From contig JANJGN010000031.1 in NCBI GenBank assembly GCA_026770705.1, positions 2,418,001 through 2,482,000 on the forward strand: a stretch of 64,000 bases of DNA. The letters are read 5' to 3'. Below, piece by piece: positions 59,701 through 64,000 of this stretch. The first letter of the stretch is position 1. Each line of letters opens with the position of its first letter. This DNA is from Isurus oxyrinchus. Lineage: Eukaryota. Position numbers and translations under genes: made by a program. The notes under the pieces are model-generated. The model worked only from the letters and a program-made list of their open reading frames with translations, had not been told where the DNA came from and did not search any database.

Positions 59701-61638
59701 ACTACCTCTTTCCAATTTTCACACTATCTATTGCCTCCTCTATCGCTCCTTCTACTGATACTTCAATTCCTTCACTTAGTAAACATGGATATAAAGAATT
59801 CAGTAAATATTCTAGCCTTGCCCTGCTCCTCTAAGTATATCAGCCTCTTTGTCTCTAATGGGACCCACTCCACTCACTTTAGTATCCACTTACTATTTAC
59901 ATGCTAGCAGAGAACTTTTGGGTTCCATTTTATGTTGACTGCCATTCTATTCTCCTACTCTTTGTTATGCTCATTTTCCTTTGACCTGGCTTTCATTTGA
60001 AGAGCTCACTTGACATGCATCATGCACCCTCTTTTTGTTTCATCTTAATCTCTGCCTCCCTGATCATTCAAGAAACTCTGGTTTTGGTTTCCCTACCTTC
60101 TGTCCTTGTTGGAACGTACCTAATCTGTATCTGAAGCATCTCTTCCTTTAAAGAACACCTATTGTTCTGTTACAGATTTTCCTGTCTGTTTTTGGTTCTA
60201 TTTTACCCCGACTAGACTCCTTCACTCCTATTGTTCTCCTGGGAGAAGAGAAGTTTGAAATGAGATTTGCTAGAGGTATTCAAAAGCATGAGGGTTCTGG
60301 ACTGAGCAGATAGGGAGAAACAGATCTCGTTGGCAGAAAGAACGAAAAGCACAGATTTAAGGTGATTTGACAAAATGAGGAAAATCTTTTTCACGCAATG
60401 TGTGGTTAGGATCTGGAATTCACTGCATATGTGTGGTGAAGGCAGATTCGACCATGGGTTCGAAAAAAAGTTGGTTAATTATCTGATGAGAAAATATTTG
60501 CAGGGCTACTGAATAACACCGAGTGGAACTAAATGAGTTACTTGTTCAGAGAATTGGCATAGACATCACAGGCCGAATAGCCACCTTCTGTGCTGTAACC
60601 ATTCTCTGATTCTATTCTATGATTCTGCTATGAGACCTTGGCTTAGCCCATGCAAATGCTATTTTGGCTGGTGTGTTTAGTCACTGGATTCAAAGAGAAT
60701 GTTGCCCAGTCAAATGTAGAGTTTCTATGGATCGTCCTTGACTCAATGTCATTCATTGGAGACTCAGTTTGGACTGTCACAGCCATCATTGGTGTAGGTG
60801 CTTGATCTACAACCAATAGAATTTGACTGGTCTATTCACTGTCCTATCACAGCTCTAAACTTTGATCCTCCTGCATTAAAGGCTGCTAATCTTTGGCTTT
60901 ATCAAACTGTATAGGAGGGTAAACAGGGAACCTCTCTATAGGGGAGTGTGTTCATTCCACATTGTCAAACACAAAATTCTTGGTAACTCTGTTTGAAGGC
61001 TCAAACATGGTGATGGGTTTGCTGCCAGTCAGACACCTGACCAAGATAAACTAGGGTTTATCTACTAGGGTGTGACAGATGGAAGTTGGTGTCAAATTGT
61101 CCATAACATTGAGATTGTTCCTTCAGGGATAGGAGTTTGTTTTTATATTTTTAATTTACTTTTCTGAATGTGGGTAAGGCTGGGATTTATTTTTCACCCC
61201 CTAGTTCACCCTAGATAGAACTGAGTGGCTGGTTAGGCACTTTGGAGGACAGATGAGAGTCTGTGGGGGTGGGACTGGAGTCTCATGGGGAAATCGGATT
61301 TCCTTCCCAAAGATAATGAGTGAACCAGTTAGTTCTTTAACAATCCAAAAGCTTTGGTGACTTCTGCCAGGTTTTGAATTTTATTTCCTGGTTTTTATTT
61401 TAAACTGAGTTGAGATTCTCTAGTTACCACGGTGGGATTCTCTGCATTTTTTTTTTGTTCTGGCCTCTTGATTGCTAATCTGGTAAATATAACCGACACT
61501 ATTCAGCATATATGCATATATGGTCTTCCACCATGATTAATGGAAAATGAGCATTGAGGATGTTACAAATAGACACTGGTGGCTAATGACTTTTCCCATT
61601 CTCTGTTCCAGTGGCTGCAGCTCACCATGTATTCCTAA
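29676..61638 (+). CDS. CAPNS1: Calpain small (regulatory) subunit 1, 224 aa; join(29676-29764,36289-36307,37617-37709,41799-41856,49952-50016,51909-51977,54267-54345,55471-55587,58768-58826,61612-61638)
   Basis: Spliced translation [224 protein letters not shown]. Gly-rich domain V plus penta-EF-hand domain; all introns GT-AG with consistent phases. Confidence 0.97.
30589..30941 (+). pseudogene. Histone H2B-like pseudogene in CAPNS1 intron 2
   Basis: [58 protein letters not shown]. Start appears as GTG, with an N-terminal frameshift and small deletions; no histone stem-loop after the stop. Confidence 0.85.
31833..32444 (+). repeat. Minisatellite, 18 x 34 bp (AGGTTTTGGGAAGGGAAAAGCCAATAAGGAAGCC)
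   Basis: 612 bp = 18 units; only 4 substitutions seen. Confidence 0.95.
33015..33190. mobile_element. Penelope-derived palindromic terminal repeat, degenerate
   Basis: Similar to 13960-14204 and 58020-58245. Confidence 0.65.
35240..35910 (-). mobile_element. CR1 LINE 3' fragment (intron 2)
   Basis: [33 protein letters not shown]; CTTATGGT tail on the minus strand. Confidence 0.9.
36289..36307 (+). CDS. CAPNS1: CAPNS1 exon 3, 19-nt microexon (S)QMATGP
   Basis: Long polypyrimidine tract and TTCAG acceptor; CCG|GTAAGT donor; bridges phase 2 of exon 2 to phase 0 of exon 4. Confidence 0.8.
37617..37709 (+). CDS. CAPNS1: CAPNS1 exon 4
   Basis: [31 protein letters not shown]; TATAG acceptor, GTAAGC donor. 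Confidence 0.95.
41799..41856 (+). CDS. CAPNS1: CAPNS1 exon 5
   Basis: [19 protein letters not shown]; TGCAG acceptor, GTAAGT donor. Confidence 0.95.
42170..44105 (+). mobile_element. Relatively young 5'-truncated CR1 LINE (RT domain) nested in an older antisense CR1 fragment
   Basis: [11 protein letters not shown]; [13 protein letters not shown]; [10 protein letters not shown]; KFADDTK; 298-aa open stretch at 43055-43951; TTCTTTG tail repeats. Confidence 0.95.
44985..45342 (-). mobile_element. tRNA-derived SINE; a second, older copy lies at ~45620-46000
   Basis: Reverse complement of the SINE at 28866-29130 (GGGATTTGAACCC B-box). Confidence 0.7.
46068..47340 (+). mobile_element. tRNA-derived SINE split by an LTR-like insertion
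   Basis: Head TAGTGG..GGTTCAAATCC at 46076-46142; body resumes at ~47160 (GAAGGAAATCTGCCATCCTTAC). Confidence 0.7.
46268..47156. mobile_element. Probable solo LTR (~889 bp)
   Basis: TGTTATGA...TCATGACA termini; interrupts a SINE; TSD degenerate. Confidence 0.6.
48755..49140 (-). mobile_element. CR1 LINE 3' fragment
   Basis: [28 protein letters not shown]. Confidence 0.85.
49952..50016 (+). CDS. CAPNS1: CAPNS1 exon 6
   Basis: (H)[21 protein letters not shown]; CACAG acceptor, GTATCCTC donor. Confidence 0.96.
50017..51908 (+). other. CAPNS1: U12-type (minor spliceosome) GT-AG intron 6
   Basis: 5' site GTATCCTC; branch site TTGCCTTAAC (51887-51896) with branch A 13 nt from the intron end; no polypyrimidine tract. 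Confidence 0.9.
50380..51400 (+). mobile_element. L2 LINE fragments within intron 6
   Basis: CADNIQLY (YADD-like), [18 protein letters not shown]; tail GCTATGTAAATGCAAGTT. Confidence 0.7.
51909..51977 (+). CDS. CAPNS1: CAPNS1 exon 7
   Basis: [23 protein letters not shown]; TTTAG acceptor, GTATGT donor. Confidence 0.96.
52810..53690 (-). mobile_element. CR1 LINE 3' fragment with a nested PLE tail (~53348-53445)
   Basis: [28 protein letters not shown]. Confidence 0.8.
54267..54345 (+). CDS. CAPNS1: CAPNS1 exon 8
   Basis: [26 protein letters not shown] (EF-hand loop [12 protein letters not shown]); ACTAAC branch site, CCCAG acceptor, GTGAGA donor. Confidence 0.97.
55471..55587 (+). CDS. CAPNS1: CAPNS1 exon 9
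   Basis: (G)[38 protein letters not shown]; CTCAG acceptor, GTAAGT donor. Confidence 0.97.
56206..56923. mobile_element. Harbinger-type MITE (718 bp) inside a PLE palindrome; carries an inverted CAPNS1 fragment
   Basis: TIRs AGGCGGAATCTTCTGTT and AACAGAAGATTCTGCCC (15/17); TSD AAC/ACC. Confidence 0.8.
56771..56828 (-). repeat. Inverted copy of the exon 10/intron 10 junction (58811-58868)
   Basis: 56/58 identical to the reverse complement; differences at 56790 and 56820. Confidence 0.95.
58020..58245. mobile_element. Penelope-derived palindromic terminal repeat
   Basis: Inverted arms around CTGAAGA..GAAACGTTAACTC. Confidence 0.75.
58260..58705 (+). mobile_element. L2 LINE 3' end next to the exon 10 acceptor
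   Basis: DFKI..LVFKFL; GGGCCCTAAGCTCTGGAACTCCCT; L2-type 3' end. Confidence 0.7.
58768..58826 (+). CDS. CAPNS1: CAPNS1 exon 10 (EF-hand 5 loop)
   Basis: (R)[19 protein letters not shown]; TGCAG acceptor, GTAAGG donor. Confidence 0.96.
58940..60630. mobile_element. Rearranged CR1 remnant: sense endonuclease part, antisense middle (~59490-60210), sense 3' end
   Basis: VVTMGD-like motif at ~58963; antisense CR1 sequence; [13 protein letters not shown] and TTCTATGA tail at 60385-60625. Confidence 0.6.
61612..61638 (+). CDS. CAPNS1: CAPNS1 exon 11, coding part (WLQLTMYS*)
   Basis: TTCCAG acceptor; the conserved CAPNS1 C-terminus; TAA at 61636-61638. Confidence 0.97.
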   Translation, partial: WLQLTMYS

Positions 61639-63347
61639 AGCACTCGTCTCGGGATCAGCCCTTCAAAGAGAATGGAAGACCTCATTTGCTACTCATCTAT
61701 CAGAGAGCTGGAGAAACGGTCCTTCGCTTGGCTGGGTGGGGGGGGGTGGGGGTGAAATTATATTTTTCTGCATGTCGGCTTTTTATAGTTACGGAGATAT
61801 CTGCGAATGTCAGCTTGTTGGGAAGGTTGTGGCTAATCTTGACCATTCTGAAATTCCGCACTGCTTCCTTCCTGATGGCTGCGATTGCCAAAATTTTTAA
61901 AACAACCATGTTTGAGGGGAAAGGTCCTTCTGTGAGAGCTTTGAAAATGGGAGGTGAAGGAACAGGGAATGCTGGAAACACAGATCAGGTCCCCTCTGTT
62001 CCCTCCACAGACGCTGGTAGACCTGCTGTTTTTTTTTTTTTCCTCCTCCTTGTGAATTTCCTGTTTCTGATTCCAGCGACTGCAGTAGTTTATCTCTTGT
62101 TTGAATCTGCTAACCTCAACGTTTCTGTGCGCATGCCTAAAAGGCAGTGCCTTTTTGAGGAAATCAACCTTTTTAAACAATGTAAAGGTCACTTGTCATA
62201 TGTAAAGTTGTAGTTTTACCCTGTCCCCTCTCACATTTGAACATTTGTTGGTCTCTCTTTGTGGGGAAGCCAATTTTGAAGCATTGCTGCGTAACTCTTT
62301 TAACCTGGTGGGGGATGTTGTGTGCCAAGCAGCATTAATGAAGGGGAAGAGCATAATTGTTTGAGACCAGGTCTCTCCCTATAGTAATTGGAGCTTTGGA
62401 AAGGTCAAGTTTATTTTTGCAAATCCTGTGCTCTGGGGAATGGTAAAGGTGCTTTAACTGCTGTCATCCGTCTGAACTGATCTATGGAATGCTGTCATCT
62501 GTTTGAATGCTATTGGATCTTGCTGGTTTATTTCTAATGTATAAACAAATTTATGATCCCATGGCACCAAGAGCCAGTATCGCTTCCTATGATTTCTTTG
62601 CAGCCTTTTTCCATTACCTAAAACATGAGACCCGGCAAAGGTCGGGTGGTGTTGCAAAAGGTGCAATGTTCCCAGAATCAGGAATTTGAAAATGCATTTC
62701 CTTCACCCTGTGAGGTTTTGAAGGATATGCTCTAAGTCAGACTGAGCTTATACCCTTCTCATTTCCAGAGACCCATCCAACATGGAGCTGATCATAGAGC
62801 CATAATGGCTCACTGTGGAGCAGTCTAGTCAGTCTGGTCAGTCTTTCTCTTTACACAGCTGGAATCCAACTGTTCAGTACCATGAGATGTCCATGCCAAC
62901 GGTTTTCTGTTTAGTTTTCACTCAATCTGCGATCTGTATGAAAACCCATACTCCATCCCTCTTTTAATTTCATCTGAAGGGAATAAGATAATCCCATTGT
63001 CTTGCAATGGAAGTTGTTGAGCATATTTAGCTAGTTGACCCTTTTAGCCACTAAAATGGGCCATGCTTTTTCTTACCTGAGGCTTCTGGATCATTGGTGA
63101 ATTAGTCCTTCTGTTACCTGTTCTTGGAGCATTGCCAAAGTGTGTGGTTCACTGGAATGTCTGCTGGAGTCTGTCAAAGATGAATCAGAACTGCTGATTG
63201 TTGAACTGGGAACATCAAGTCCCAATTGCTGTTTTGCCAAAATCGCACTTGAGGAAAGTTATCAGATCTTTTAATGCTGAGGTCTTATTGGACATTGAGT
63301 GATTGTACCTGCCAATGTGTAACAGACAACAGTGAAACTAGTGGGGT

Positions 63348-63442
63348 AATAAATAGATTCAAAATTGCTAACCTGCACTTGGTGCTGTAAACCTGTTTTG
63401 TGTTGTTCTCATTTCAACGGCCATGCTTTGGTTTTTAATAAA
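63348..63442 (+). terminator. CAPNS1: Candidate polyadenylation signals of CAPNS1 (3' UTR ~1.8 kb)
   Basis: AATAAA at 63348-63353 and 63437-63442, with GT/T-rich sequence downstream. Confidence 0.6.
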
Positions 63443-63594
63443 AGAAAATCTATTAACCTTTTTAAAAAAAAAAAGTGTATATTTTACCAAATGTACATGT
63501 ATTAAACAAACACTAAATTGAGATCACAACTGTGTATGGTTTTGGCTTTGCCGAAGGAAGGAGATATTTGAATGTGGTCCAGTGAAGGTTCACT

Positions 63595-64000
63595 CGATCA
63601 GAATCACAGAATTGTTATGGTGTAGAAGGAGGTCATTCAGCCCATAGTGTCTGCACCGGTTCTCTGAGCATTTTAACTTAGTGCCATTCTCCTGCCTTTT
63701 CCCCATAACCCTGCACATTATTTCTATTTAAATAATCATCTAATGCCCTCTTGATTGCCTCAGTTGAACCTGTGTCTTCCACGCTTCCAGGCAGTGCATT
63801 CCAGACCCTAATTACTCGCTGTGTAAAGAGTTTTTTCTCACCTCACATTTGCTTCTTTTGGAAAACATTTTAAAACTGTGCCCTTTGCTTCTCGATCAGT
63901 TTACGAGCGGGAACAGTTTCTCCCTATCTACTTTGTCCAGACCCCTCATGATTTTGAAAACTTTTTATCAAGTCTCCTTTTAGCCTTCTCCCCTCCAAGG
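63595..64000 (-). mobile_element. CR1 LINE 3' end, runs off the window
   Basis: AGAATCACAGAAT tail; reverse complement of CR1 C-terminal sequence. Confidence 0.8.

Overview
Repeat-rich vertebrate genomic DNA, most likely from a cartilaginous fish (inferred from the mix of CR1/L2 LINEs, DeuSINE and tRNA-SINEs, Penelope-like elements and Harbinger/PIF transposons). The one host gene is a complete calpain small subunit gene (CAPNS1) on the + strand. It has a non-coding exon 1 at a CpG-rich promoter (~29.3 kb) and 10 coding exons (29676..61638; 675 nt, 224 aa), including a 19-nt microexon and a U12-type intron. Top finding: intron 9 carries an inverted 58-nt copy (56771-56828) of the exon 10/intron 10 junction, inside a Harbinger-type MITE. 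Its two differences are both G-U compatible, so it could pair over the exon 10 donor in the pre-mRNA. Skipping exon 10 would shift translation into a 200-codon open frame in the last exon. The window also contains a defective two-gene Harbinger transposon with MITE relatives, Penelope-derived hammerhead-like repeats, a Tx1/L1 3' fragment, solo LTRs, an H2B-like pseudogene and an 18x34-bp CCAAT/GGAA minisatellite. Repeat boundaries are approximate unless TIRs or TSDs are quoted.
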